DNA from: Candidatus Brockarchaeota archaeon
GTDB taxonomy: Archaea > Thermoproteota > EX4484-205 > JAAOZP01
Assembly: GCA_017601395.1 (NCBI GenBank)
Contig: JAFNIQ010000004.1
Span: 1-57,735 of the forward strand
DNA: 57,735 nt
Reading direction: 5' to 3'
The translations under genes and the position numbers were made by a program. Shown one piece after another: positions 8,678 through 17,644 of this stretch. Every line of letters starts with the position of its first letter. Positions within the stretch are counted from its first letter, which is position 1. Below the pieces are notes generated by a model that did no database searches, was not told where the DNA came from, and saw only the letters and a list, made by a program, of their open reading frames with translations.

Positions 8678-9802
8678 TCACAGCTTACGGGTGAAAACAA
8701 TATACTCGTCAGCATAGCCGATCTTAACAACCCGGTCCCTGGTTGCAACCCTCCTGTTAACCAGCCAGAGCCTCTCGGTTTCGAACCCAATCTCCTCAGC
8801 CATTTCAACGAATATTTTCTCTGTTTCAACAACGCCCGTCGGGAAAACTCCTTGAGCTATGACGAAAACACCCTTCCCGTTCTTTTTGAGAACACGGTGT
8901 AGCTCAGACAGAACCCGGCGTAGATCCTGAAAATAGGCTTCAACTATCGCAGGCATGTTCCCAATGTTTCCAGGACCCTCGGCGAGCCTAACCGCATCGC
9001 CTATGTATGAGCGCAGCATGGGTTCAGAGCCCTTGAAGAAAAGCTCGTTTTCAACGCTGTAAACCCTAGTGTACTCTATCTTGTTCAAATAAGGTGGTGA
9101 AGTGATGACTGCGTCGAACATCTCGTCCTCGAGGAACCCTAGGTTTCTCGAGTCAGCCTTGAAAGTCGCCACCTTAGGGTTAAGCATCCTTGTGGCTTCA
9201 ACATCCTTAATCATCCTCCTAATCCTGTTCCTGTAGAACTTTCTGAAAGGCGGGGCGCTCCTCTCCTTAACTATTCTAAGGAGGCCGCCGTCCTTCACCA
9301 CGTAGGATGCTTTCATGGCGGCGCTTATCAAGCCGAGTTTGAAGAAGCCTCTCGCAGCCTCGTCCTCAATGTTTTCAACGATCTCTCTGAAGAACAGCAC
9401 GTCCTCCAGAACATGCCTCGGAAAGGCTCTTCTAACAAGCCTGCTTAACCCACCTAGGCTGGGCCTCCTGAACTTTTCCGAGAAAACTTTTTCAGAAACC
9501 CTCCGGAGCTGCTCAACATCGTAGTTGGCAGTCTTAACCTTGGAGGCGAAAACAGGTAGCTCAGCCACGTCGACGCCGACACTGTTTATCCCAAGCTCCT
9601 TCCCTGTAAGCTGGGTTGTGCCGACGCCGCAGAACGGGTCCAGCACCCAGGAGTCTTCTCCAAGCCCGAGCTGCCTAGCCATAAGGACTACGAAGTCGCG
9701 GGAAAAAGCCTCCTTGTAATAGAACCAGTTGTGTATCGGAATATGCTTGTTAGGTATGAATGTGACAAGCCTCCCGAGTTCCAGCCTCTCTTCAACCATC
9801 AT
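8678..9802 (-). CDS. SAM-dependent amino-methyltransferase, probably DNA N4-cytosine/N6-adenine (SPPY motif)
   Basis: SAM motif I VLDPFCGVGTT and catalytic motif IV VITSPPY about 170 aa downstream. No recognisable restriction endonuclease lies next to it. Confidence 0.7.
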   Translation of the reverse strand: MMVEERLELGRLVTFIPNKHIPIHNWFYYKEAFSRDFVVLMARQLGLGEDSWVLDPFCGVGTTQLTGKELGINSVGVDVAELPVFASKVKTANYDVEQLRRVSEKVFSEKFRRPSLGGLSRLVRRAFPRHVLEDVLFFREIVENIEDEAARGFFKLGLISAAMKASYVVKDGGLLRIVKERSAPPFRKFYRNRIRRMIKDVEATRMLNPKVATFKADSRNLGFLEDEMFDAVITSPPYLNKIEYTRVYSVENELFFKGSEPMLRSYIGDAVRLAEGPGNIGNMPAIVEAYFQDLRRVLSELHRVLKKNGKGVFVIAQGVFPTGVVETEKIFVEMAEEIGFETERLWLVNRRVATRDRVVKIGYADEYIVFTRKL

Positions 9803-9936
9803 GACGGCTTTCCTTTAACCCTTGGTTGAACGATTGTTTCAAGCCGTTTTTAAGTTTTCCGAGGGGCTTTTCCGGAAGAGCCTTATGTAACCCTTATTAG
9901 CCGGTTTCCGCAGGTTCATCAGGTTTAGAGTTGCCC

Positions 9937-11463
9937 ATGGAGCATGATGTTGGTGGAGGCATATACCGGAGCAGGCTTGGGCCGGTTTCCTCAGAGGCCA
10001 CGAGATACGTGTCCAGCATCAGGGAAGACCTCTGGATACTCAGCGAGGATATTGAGTGCACGGTTGCGCATGACTTCATGCTTATGGAGCAGGGCTATAT
10101 TACTGAGGAGCAGCTTAAACGGATTCTCGAGGCTCTTAAAAGGCTTCGGGAAGAAGACTTGAGCCAGCTAGACCTTGAGAAGTATGAGGATGTTCATGAG
10201 CTGATAGAGTCTTATGTGGTTAAGCAGGCTGGGCTGGAGGTCGGAGGTCTTGTTCACACGGCGCGCTCCAGGAACGACCAGGTTGTCACGGCGGTGAGGC
10301 TTAAGACTCGAAGAGAGGTTTTAAGCATCATGGGGGAACTGCTTAAGCTTGAGGAGACTCTTCTAAGGAAGGCTAGGGAGACCGTTGACATAGTTTTCCC
10401 GTTCTACACTCATCTTCAGCAGGCTCAGGCCGCTCCCCTTTCACACTACTTCCTAGGTTATTTCGACATGTTTCTGCGCGACTTCAACCGTCTCTCAGAA
10501 TCGTTTAAAAGGGTTAACCAGAATCCGTTGGGGAGCGTTGCTATAGTCGGCTCCTCTCTTAAAATAGACAGGAGCCTAACTACGAGGCTACTAGGGTTCG
10601 ACGGGATTGTGGAGAACTCGTTCGACGCTGTCTCGTCACGGGACTTTGCGCTGGAGGTTGTTTCAAACCTTAACATTCTCATGCTTAACCTGAGCAGGAT
10701 TATGGAGGACCTGATTATCTGGCTTACCTCAGAGTATGGTTTCTTCACGCTTCCGGATGAGCTGGCGTTCCCGTCTAGCGCAATGCCTAATAAGAAGAAC
10801 CCGTGCATACTTGAGCTGACCCGTGCGAGGACGGGGAGGGTTTTCTCAAGCCTGGCCCAGCTTTCAATGGTTTGCAAGGCGGTGCCCAGCGGCTACGTTA
10901 GGGATCTTCAAGAGACTAAGCCTCCGTTGATCGAGGCGATTGAAACAACCAGGGAGGCCGTTAGGATCGTCAGGATTGTTCTCGAGAACCTCGAGGAGAA
11001 CCGTGAGAGAATAAGGTCTTTAACTGAGCCAAGCATTATCGCCCTGGACGTTGCTGAAAGAATAGTTGAGGAGGCCAGGGTTCCCTTCAGGCTTGCCCAC
11101 AGGCTGGTGGGGGAGATCGTGAAGCTCAGCGTTAAAACGGGTAAGAGGATGACTAGTCTTACCGAGGGCGATCTAAAGGAGATTTCCCTACACGTGTTGG
11201 GTAGAGATATTAGCAGTCTACTTGCAAGCATTCTGAGGGAAGCCGACACGCGTGTTCTCGTTTCGAAGCGCGTGTCACTGGGCGCGGGCTCGCCTGAGGC
11301 TGACGCGAAGATGCTTGCAGCCAGGGAGAAAACTTTACAGGAGTGTTCCTCCATGCTTAGCCTGATGGTTCAGAAGGACAGGGAGGCTAGGATGCTTCTC
11401 GAGGATTCCGTCAGCAGGCTTGTGAAGGGCTTTTTCTCCGCCGCCGCGGAAAAATGTCTTTAA
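9937..11463 (+). CDS. argH: argininosuccinate lyase
   Basis: Fumarate-lyase signature SSAMPNKKNP and HTARSRNDQV. The ORF track starts at TTG 9931; ATG 9937 is preferred here. Confidence 0.9.
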   Translation: MEHDVGGGIYRSRLGPVSSEATRYVSSIREDLWILSEDIECTVAHDFMLMEQGYITEEQLKRILEALKRLREEDLSQLDLEKYEDVHELIESYVVKQAGLEVGGLVHTARSRNDQVVTAVRLKTRREVLSIMGELLKLEETLLRKARETVDIVFPFYTHLQQAQAAPLSHYFLGYFDMFLRDFNRLSESFKRVNQNPLGSVAIVGSSLKIDRSLTTRLLGFDGIVENSFDAVSSRDFALEVVSNLNILMLNLSRIMEDLIIWLTSEYGFFTLPDELAFPSSAMPNKKNPCILELTRARTGRVFSSLAQLSMVCKAVPSGYVRDLQETKPPLIEAIETTREAVRIVRIVLENLEENRERIRSLTEPSIIALDVAERIVEEARVPFRLAHRLVGEIVKLSVKTGKRMTSLTEGDLKEISLHVLGRDISSLLASILREADTRVLVSKRVSLGAGSPEADAKMLAAREKTLQECSSMLSLMVQKDREARMLLEDSVSRLVKGFFSAAAEKCL

Positions 11464-11585
11464 GCAACTTCTAAGGCCTAGAAAACGTTTTCACTGCCTG
11501 TTAAACACTACGTTTTAGTTGTAAGCATTGTATACTAATGTAGAGATAAAGAATAAAAGTCACCCCGAGAGAATTCCTCTACGGG

Positions 11586-12149
11586 TTGCTAATTAGAAAA
11601 GACAAGATAATAGGCCTACAGGTTTACGATAAGAGAGGCCGGTACGTCGGCACCGTTAAGGACATAGGGTTCGTACTAGGCGAGAACCTTGTTGGAATAG
11701 TTGTTGTCGGTAGAGACAATAGGGAGATGGAGTTCATCTGGAGCGAGGTTGACGCTGCTGAAGACATCGTCATACTGAAGAAGGAGGTTACTGTTCCAGC
11801 GGCGCCCCCTGTGCCGGCGAAGCCTGCTGTCGAAGCCCGTGAGGAGCCGAAGGCCCAGCTTAGGGAGCAGGTTTCGGCGAAGCCACCTGTCTATGCGCCG
11901 AGGGAGCCGGAGGTTCAGGTTGCTCCCGCTAGCAGTGCAGCCGGGGTTCCTGAAGTGCAGCCTTCTTTCAAGGAGCCTGCTGAACCCGATGAGGCAGAAC
12001 TGGAGCAGGTTGAAACCGTAGCCGCTACGCCGCGGCCTGCTGCCGACGAAGCTGGTGGTGCAGGCACTAAAACCTGTCCGAAATGCGGAGCCATTAACAA
12101 CGCGCGCTACAAATTCTGCTTCAGGTGCGGAACCAGGCTGCCCGCTTAG
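11586..12149 (+). CDS. PRC-barrel domain protein with Pro/Ala/Glu-rich linker and C-terminal zinc ribbon
   Basis: The N-terminus IIGLQVYDKRGRYVGTVKDIGF is PRC-barrel-like. The middle is low-complexity. The C-terminus carries CPKCG..x..YKFCFRCG. Confidence 0.6.
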   Translation: MLIRKDKIIGLQVYDKRGRYVGTVKDIGFVLGENLVGIVVVGRDNREMEFIWSEVDAAEDIVILKKEVTVPAAPPVPAKPAVEAREEPKAQLREQVSAKPPVYAPREPEVQVAPASSAAGVPEVQPSFKEPAEPDEAELEQVETVAATPRPAADEAGGAGTKTCPKCGAINNARYKFCFRCGTRLPA

Positions 12150-12991
12150 CTTAAAGGTTCTTTAAGAACTATTCCGCGGCCCCTCTCTATTTCAAACCTG
12201 TAGATTATCGGGTTCACCGCGGTCCAGCGCATCTTCCTTATGAACATCGTTCTTATAATGGAGTTTCCAACCCTAGATATGGAGAGTATTATGACGCCGC
12301 TCGCCAGAAACTCTTCAACACCATACCTGCTCATCATGTTCTCCCCGGTGGGGACCTCCGATGTTATCACGGTGGTTACGCCGAGCTTCTCCTCGATCGA
12401 GAATATGAGGCTCCTGATGTATTCTCTAACCCATGCAACCTCGTTCGAGTAGGTGGTTACCAGCGGGGCTATGGGATCTATGACAAGCCTCTTAGCCCCT
12501 ATTTCCCTCCTCCTCTTGTCAAGCTCCTCTATTATGTTGTTGACTATAGCGTCCATCTCTCTTCCCCACATCTTGGAGGTGAAGTATCTTCTAACCGGTA
12601 GGATCGCGAGCTTCCTTGTCTCCACAAGGGGCTGAAGATCCCAGCCGAAGTTCCTCACGTCCCTCACAAGCATCTCCGGCCTCTCGTCTATCGTAACATA
12701 GATCCCAGGCTCGTTGTTCTTAGCCCCGTATAGGAGGTACTGCAGGCTGAAAATCGTCTTCCCGGTTCCAGCCTCTCCAGCGAGCAGGTATGTTTTACCT
12801 GATTCGAAACCGCCCTCCAGGATCTCGTCTATAGCCTGGTTGCCTGTTGAAACCCTTCTCACATAGGAGACTCCCTTCCGCGGGGTTCCGCAGGCTGGGC
12901 AGAACTTGTATTCGGGGCTGAGTGAATGTCCACACTGCTCGCAGGAGTAAGTGCCTACAGCCTCCCTTCTAACCGCCTCTCTCCGCTGCAA
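12146..12991 (-). CDS. KaiC/RadA-paralogue type RecA-superfamily ATPase with N-terminal zinc ribbon
   Basis: Zinc ribbon CEQCG..YKFCPACG followed by Walker A LLAGEAGTGKT, in a KaiC-like single-domain layout (281 aa). Confidence 0.7.
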   Translation of the reverse strand: MQRREAVRREAVGTYSCEQCGHSLSPEYKFCPACGTPRKGVSYVRRVSTGNQAIDEILEGGFESGKTYLLAGEAGTGKTIFSLQYLLYGAKNNEPGIYVTIDERPEMLVRDVRNFGWDLQPLVETRKLAILPVRRYFTSKMWGREMDAIVNNIIEELDKRRREIGAKRLVIDPIAPLVTTYSNEVAWVREYIRSLIFSIEEKLGVTTVITSEVPTGENMMSRYGVEEFLASGVIILSISRVGNSIIRTMFIRKMRWTAVNPIIYRFEIERGRGIVLKEPLS

Positions 12992-13053
12992 CAGTAATAG
13001 CTTTATGCGGAGCCGGTTTATAAATAGTTATCGGGCCAAGCCTTCCACTGGAT

Positions 13054-13551
13054 TTAACCGTTTTTCTTCAAAAAATAGTTTATTAAACCTCCCGCCTCTA
13101 TTATTTTCATGATGAATTCAGGCATTTTATCGCAGGAAAACTTCTCCCCAGTTTTGATAATCGTTAAAACCCCGTTGGCAACGTCAAGCTCAGCCTCATC
13201 CCCATCCTTAAGCCTGTCTAAACCCTCAGCCTCCCGGATGACAAGCGCTGGAAGACCCAGGTTTATAGAATTCCTGTAAAAGATTCTCGCGAAGGACTTG
13301 GCGACTACGGCTTTCACACCGGAGTGTTTCAAAGCTATTACCGCGTGCTCCCTGGAGCTCCCCAGCCCGAAATTCTCACCGGCAACTATTATTGCTCCAC
13401 CAGACGCCTTCACCCTGAATTCAGGATAATAGTCTTCGAAAACATGTTTTGCAAGAACCTCAGCATCATGAGTCACCAAGTATCTTGCAGGTATTATAAC
13501 GTCTGTGTCCACATTGTCGCCAAGCCTAATAATCCTGCCGCGTATTTTCAA
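13054..13551 (-). CDS. leuD: 3-isopropylmalate dehydratase small subunit
   Basis: 165 aa aconitase swivel domain ([13 protein letters not shown]). Overlaps leuC by 4 nt. Confidence 0.88.
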   Translation of the reverse strand: MKIRGRIIRLGDNVDTDVIIPARYLVTHDAEVLAKHVFEDYYPEFRVKASGGAIIVAGENFGLGSSREHAVIALKHSGVKAVVAKSFARIFYRNSINLGLPALVIREAEGLDRLKDGDEAELDVANGVLTIIKTGEKFSCDKMPEFIMKIIEAGGLINYFLKKNG

Positions 13552-14813
13552 GCCAGAAGCCTCCTCGGGTCAGTTATTTTCCCCTCCACCGCTGACGCAG
13601 CCACCGTAGCTGGGGAGGCGAGGAATACTCTACTCTTCTTATCGCCCATCCTGCCTATAAAGTTCCTGTTGCTGCTTGAAACCGCAACCTCGCCTTCTGC
13701 AAGAACCCCTCTGGACATTCCTAGGCATGCGCCGCACGTGGGGCTCGTCACTATTCCACCGGCTCGCACAATCTCCTCAATGATTCCTGCTCTCAAAGCC
13801 TCCGTGTACACTTTAACTGAAGCTGGACTGACCACTAGCCTTACACCCGGCGCGATCCTTCTCCCCCTAAGTATCCTGAAGGCTACGTGAAGATCGTCAA
13901 ACCTCCCGTTCGTGCAGGAGCCTAGGAAAGCCTGGTCTATCTCAAGGCCTTCAACCTCTGCGACGGGCTTAACGTTGTCCACGCTGTGCGGCAGGCTTAC
14001 AACAGGCTCCAGGTTTGAAACATCCATCTCGATCTTCTCAAGGTCTGCGTCGTGGTCGCTTCTTACTTCCAGCAGCCCGCTGCATTTCCCATAGTGCTCA
14101 GCGTACTCAATGCTTTTAGAATCTGTTTGAACGATCCCGGTTTTAGCACCAGTCTCCACGGAGAGGTTTGCAAGAGTAAGGCGTTCAGACAGGGACATCA
14201 TTCTTACTGTTTCACCAGAGTACTCCAGAGCCTTGTAGGTTGCCCCATTGCTGCCGATTTTCCCGACGATGCTTAAAGCAACGTCTTTCGCGAAAACTCC
14301 TTTCCCAAGCCTACCGTTAATTTCGACCAGCAGTGTTTCAGGAACCCTCAGCCATATTTCTCCAGTCGCTAGTACGACAGCAGCATCAGTAGAGCCGACG
14401 CCTATTCCAATTGCGCCGGTCGCCCCAGCTGTGCAAGTATGGCTGTCCGCGCCGACTATCAGGAAGCCGGGCACGTCGAAGCCTTCTTCGAAGAGGACTT
14501 GGTGAGCTATGCCTCCCCTCCCTATTTCGAAGAAGTTTCTTACCCCGTGTTTTCTAACGAAGCTTCTCATCCTCCTCATCTGGCTGGCCAGCTCTATCGT
14601 GCTCGGGGGGACATCATGGTCGAAAACCACTATCACCCTGCTGGGATCCCAGAGTTTCCCAGAGATTTTTTCAAACTGTTCGACAGCCAGCGGCCCAGTC
14701 ACCTCGTGCAGCATTAGAAAATCCACCTTAGCCTCCACTATTTCACCCACTTCCACACGGGGCCTGCCTGTTTTCCTGGAAACCACTTTCTGAATTGCCG
14801 TTAAACCAGTCAT
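13548..14813 (-). CDS. leuC: 3-isopropylmalate dehydratase large subunit
   Basis: 421 aa aconitase-family catalytic domain (GADSHTCT, GSCTNGR, CGACLG). Overlaps leuA and leuD. Confidence 0.9.
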   Translation of the reverse strand: MTGLTAIQKVVSRKTGRPRVEVGEIVEAKVDFLMLHEVTGPLAVEQFEKISGKLWDPSRVIVVFDHDVPPSTIELASQMRRMRSFVRKHGVRNFFEIGRGGIAHQVLFEEGFDVPGFLIVGADSHTCTAGATGAIGIGVGSTDAAVVLATGEIWLRVPETLLVEINGRLGKGVFAKDVALSIVGKIGSNGATYKALEYSGETVRMMSLSERLTLANLSVETGAKTGIVQTDSKSIEYAEHYGKCSGLLEVRSDHDADLEKIEMDVSNLEPVVSLPHSVDNVKPVAEVEGLEIDQAFLGSCTNGRFDDLHVAFRILRGRRIAPGVRLVVSPASVKVYTEALRAGIIEEIVRAGGIVTSPTCGACLGMSRGVLAEGEVAVSSSNRNFIGRMGDKKSRVFLASPATVAASAVEGKITDPRRLLA

Positions 14814-16348
14814 CCGCCAGCCCTCTTCCTAATCTGCAGAAGCCTGTTGGCCCCATTCAGTATCGCGTAAACCCCTGCTAGCACAATGTCCTCGCTGAAT
14901 CCTTTCGCAGTCACGCTCCGCCCCTCATCGTCTGAAACCCTGACCGTGACCTCTGCAAGCGCTTCTGTGCCTCCCGTTATCGCCTCCAGCCTGAAGCTTT
15001 CAAGCTTTATCTTAACCAGGTCGCCGAGAAGCCTGCTGACCGCCTTCATCGAAGCATCTATCGGCCCGACTCCGAACTCAGCTCCCCTCCACGCCTGTTC
15101 CCCTCTCCTTATCTTTATTGTTGCCGTCGGCGTCGTGTTCAACCCTGTAACCACCAGAAGCTCTTCAAGCTCGATGCGGTCCTTCTCACCGACCCCGTAT
15201 CCTATAACGCTTTCAGCTATCGAGGCGAGTTCCGTGTCAGTAACCTTCTTACCCTTGTCACCAATATCCTTAACTATTTTAAGAACCTGTTTCAACTCCT
15301 CCTCGCTCAGCCTATATCCCATTTCCTCAAGCTGCGCTGAAATCCCGTGGACGCCGGCGTGCTTCCCAGCCACCAGCCTTCTCCGAGCCCCGACGAACCC
15401 TGGGTCTATCGGCTCATAAGTCTCTGGGGATGCTATTACGCCATGAGTATGGATCCCGCTCTCATGGGAGAAAGCGTTTTCCCCAACTATAGGCTTGTTC
15501 ACAGGTATTGCTATGCCGGTTATCAGGGAGACCAGCCTGCAGGTGTTGTATATCTCTTTAAACTTCAAGCCTGTTTCAACACCGTATAATACTTTCAGGG
15601 AAACCGCCACCTCCTCCAGGCTAGCGTTTCCAGCCCTCTCTCCAAGCCCGTTGACTGTTACATGCGCCTCAGCAGCCCCTCCCTCAATGCCTGCAAGCGT
15701 GTTCGCGACAGCTAGGCCCATGTCGTTGTGACAGTGTACCGCAACCGGGATCCTCAGGGCTTCACGAACCCTCTTAACAATCTCCCTCATGGCGAAGGGT
15801 GTTGCAACGCCAACAGTATCAGGAATATCAACTGTGCTTGCCCCAGCTTCTTCAACCCTCCTGTAAAACTCCACTAGGAAATCAATGCTCGTCCTAGTCG
15901 CGTCCTCGGCTGAAAACTCTATTTTCATACCGTAGGATTTAGCGAGGTCTATGGATTCAACCGCCCTGCGTACGGCTTCATCCCTGCTTATCTGCAGCTT
16001 CTTATTCAAATGTATGTCAGAGGTCGCTATGAAGAGATGTATTCTGCCTGCGCCGGTTGAAGCGGCCTTCTCAATATCCTCCTTTAGACATCTGGATAGG
16101 GCAGCGATCTCCGCGTTTAACCCTTCTTTAACTATCAGCCTAATAGCCTCCTCCTCGCCACGCGATGTCGCCGGGAAGCCTGCTTCTAATACGGGTACTC
16201 CAAGCGCGTCCAGCTGCCTCGCTATCTTAAGCTTGTCCTCAGGCGTAAGCGCGACCCCCGGAGTCTGCTCACCGTCCCTTAGAGTAGTGTCGAAAATAAC
16301 CACCCTGTCAGGTATTTTAGCCTCAGTAATATATCCTCTCCAAACCAT
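14810..16348 (-). CDS. leuA: 2-isopropylmalate synthase (with C-terminal LeuA regulatory domain)
   Basis: 512 aa. Motifs IFDTTLRDGEQTPG and HCHNDMGLAVANTLAG. The long C-terminal domain is typical of IPMS. Confidence 0.9.
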   Translation of the reverse strand: MVWRGYITEAKIPDRVVIFDTTLRDGEQTPGVALTPEDKLKIARQLDALGVPVLEAGFPATSRGEEEAIRLIVKEGLNAEIAALSRCLKEDIEKAASTGAGRIHLFIATSDIHLNKKLQISRDEAVRRAVESIDLAKSYGMKIEFSAEDATRTSIDFLVEFYRRVEEAGASTVDIPDTVGVATPFAMREIVKRVREALRIPVAVHCHNDMGLAVANTLAGIEGGAAEAHVTVNGLGERAGNASLEEVAVSLKVLYGVETGLKFKEIYNTCRLVSLITGIAIPVNKPIVGENAFSHESGIHTHGVIASPETYEPIDPGFVGARRRLVAGKHAGVHGISAQLEEMGYRLSEEELKQVLKIVKDIGDKGKKVTDTELASIAESVIGYGVGEKDRIELEELLVVTGLNTTPTATIKIRRGEQAWRGAEFGVGPIDASMKAVSRLLGDLVKIKLESFRLEAITGGTEALAEVTVRVSDDEGRSVTAKGFSEDIVLAGVYAILNGANRLLQIRKRAGG

Positions 16349-16514
16349 TACGAACCCCTCCTAAAACGGGTTTAAAACGATATTGTTTTTCAACAGTCTG
16401 TGATAGAGGTGTCGCTGTCTCTGTAACGCAGGTAGTCTCGCCCCCTTTGGGCTTTACTGGTCATGCGTATGATACACACCTCCTTGGCGGAGACCACTCC
16501 GCCACTATATTAAC
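16349..16514 (-). promoter_or_regulatory. leuA promoter plus long 5' leader with blocks shared with the ilvB leader
   Basis: Read on the minus strand: TATA GTTAATATAG (16514-16505), palindrome GGCGGAG-TGGT-CTCCGCC (16503-16486) and AGGAGGTG (16484-16477). The box CCAAAGGGGGCGAGAC follows (16450-16435). A second SD (AGGAGGGG) precedes the leuA ATG at 16348. Confidence 0.55.
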
Positions 16515-16524
16515 TTTACTACGG

Positions 16525-17166
16525 TCAGCCGGATAACTGTAGAAACCCTTCTAAACCGTTTCTAATCATAACTATTCCGAAAGCCACTATTATCAGGTTG
16601 AATATTTTAGCAATAAGCTTCGAAGGCGTTCTGCCTATGCTCACCATAATCTTCTCACCGTTCACGAGAATCACATATGCTAAAACCGCGTTAAGCAGTA
16701 TTACTAGTATGCAGGTGAAAATATTGTACGGAGGATTAGATATTATTATGACTGTGGAAATACTCCCCGGGCCTGCGAGAAGCGGCGTAGCTAAAGGGAA
16801 TACAGATATCTCCTCCGCCCTCTCCCCTCTCAGCTCACTCTCCTCGCCCACAAGTATGTATTTCAAGGATATTGCTACGAGAACCATTCCTGAGGCGACG
16901 TAGAAGTCGTAAAGCCTTATCCCTAGGAAGTTGAACATTATGGTTCCAAGAAGGGCGAAGAACACTAACACGGCTGTTGCGGCGACAATGGACTCCCTTA
17001 TTATTTTCCTCTTCCTTTCGCTTGAAAAGGATTCTAGGAAAGTGTGGAATACAGGAATGTTTCCGACAGAATCAAGAATGACGAACAACAGTATGAACGC
17101 TTTCGTGAAACGCTCGGCTTCAGCCGCAAGCTCTAGAGTCAAGCTTGGTCGAATAGGTTTCAACAT
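16525..17166 (-). CDS. MarC-family (UPF0056) integral membrane protein
   Basis: 213 aa polytopic protein. N-terminal FILLFVILDSVGNIPVF is typical of the MarC family. Confidence 0.75.
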   Translation of the reverse strand: MLKPIRPSLTLELAAEAERFTKAFILLFVILDSVGNIPVFHTFLESFSSERKRKIIRESIVAATAVLVFFALLGTIMFNFLGIRLYDFYVASGMVLVAISLKYILVGEESELRGERAEEISVFPLATPLLAGPGSISTVIIISNPPYNIFTCILVILLNAVLAYVILVNGEKIMVSIGRTPSKLIAKIFNLIIVAFGIVMIRNGLEGFLQLSG

Positions 17167-17485
17167 CCAGATTCTTATCTTTTTCGTGGAAAACAGGAAT
17201 AAGCTTGACGCCGCCGCACTTCAGACAGATAAGCCCCACCCCCTTGCCTTTCAAGATCCTAATCCTAAGGCTGCGGCCCGGAATCAGCGGGTTCTTGCAC
17301 TTGCTACATCTGAAATATCTTTTCAAAACAGTCTTCTTCCTAAGATTATACTTCTCAGCAATCCTCCAGGCAAGCCTAGCGTACGATTCGGCCCTGCTCA
17401 AATCGGATTCCGCGGTTTCCAGGGCAAGCCTAAGCAGGATGTCTATCCTCTCCTTCGCGATGAGCACCGCCTTCCTCTTTCCCAT
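17120..17485 (-). CDS. rnp4: ribonuclease P protein component 4 (Rpp21/Rpr2)
   Basis: IAKERIDILLRLA followed by a zinc ribbon CSKC..x..CLKCG. Closely resembles archaeal Rpp21. Confidence 0.85.
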   Translation of the reverse strand: MGKRKAVLIAKERIDILLRLALETAESDLSRAESYARLAWRIAEKYNLRKKTVLKRYFRCSKCKNPLIPGRSLRIRILKGKGVGLICLKCGGVKLIPVFHEKDKNLDVETYSTKLDSRACG

Positions 17486-17525
17486 TTAAACTCTTAGGAA
17501 AAACACTAGAAGGTTATTATGTTTT

Positions 17526-17600
17526 TGCGGCGCCCGGGATTTGAACCCGGGATTCCCAGCTTGGAAGGCTGGTGTCCTAACCAGGCTAGACCAGCGCCGC
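17526..17600 (-). tRNA. tRNA-Gly (anticodon UCC)
   Basis: Reverse complement GCGGCGCTGGTCTAGCCTGGTTAGGACACCAGCCTTCCAAGCTGGGAATCCCGGGTTCAAATCCCGGGCGCCGCA. Anticodon stem CCAGC/GCTGG with loop CTTCCAA. Regular D and T arms. Confidence 0.92.
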
Positions 17601-17644
17601 GGGTACCGGAGTTAGAACAGGCTGGATGGTTAAAAGTTTTATCC
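17601..17644 (-). promoter_or_regulatory. tRNA-Gly promoter block, identical to 688..731
   Basis: The same 44 nt as upstream of tRNA-Gly(CCC). Identity stops exactly at 17644, where the cassette ORF stop codon begins. Confidence 0.6.

Noticed and set aside
16486-16503. Hairpin GGCGGAG-ACCA-CTCCGCC as a terminator of the MarC-family gene
   Set aside because: It lacks a following T-tract in the minus-strand sense. It sits exactly between the leuA TATA box and the first SD, so an operator role for the leuA promoter is the more economical reading. A dual role is not excluded.
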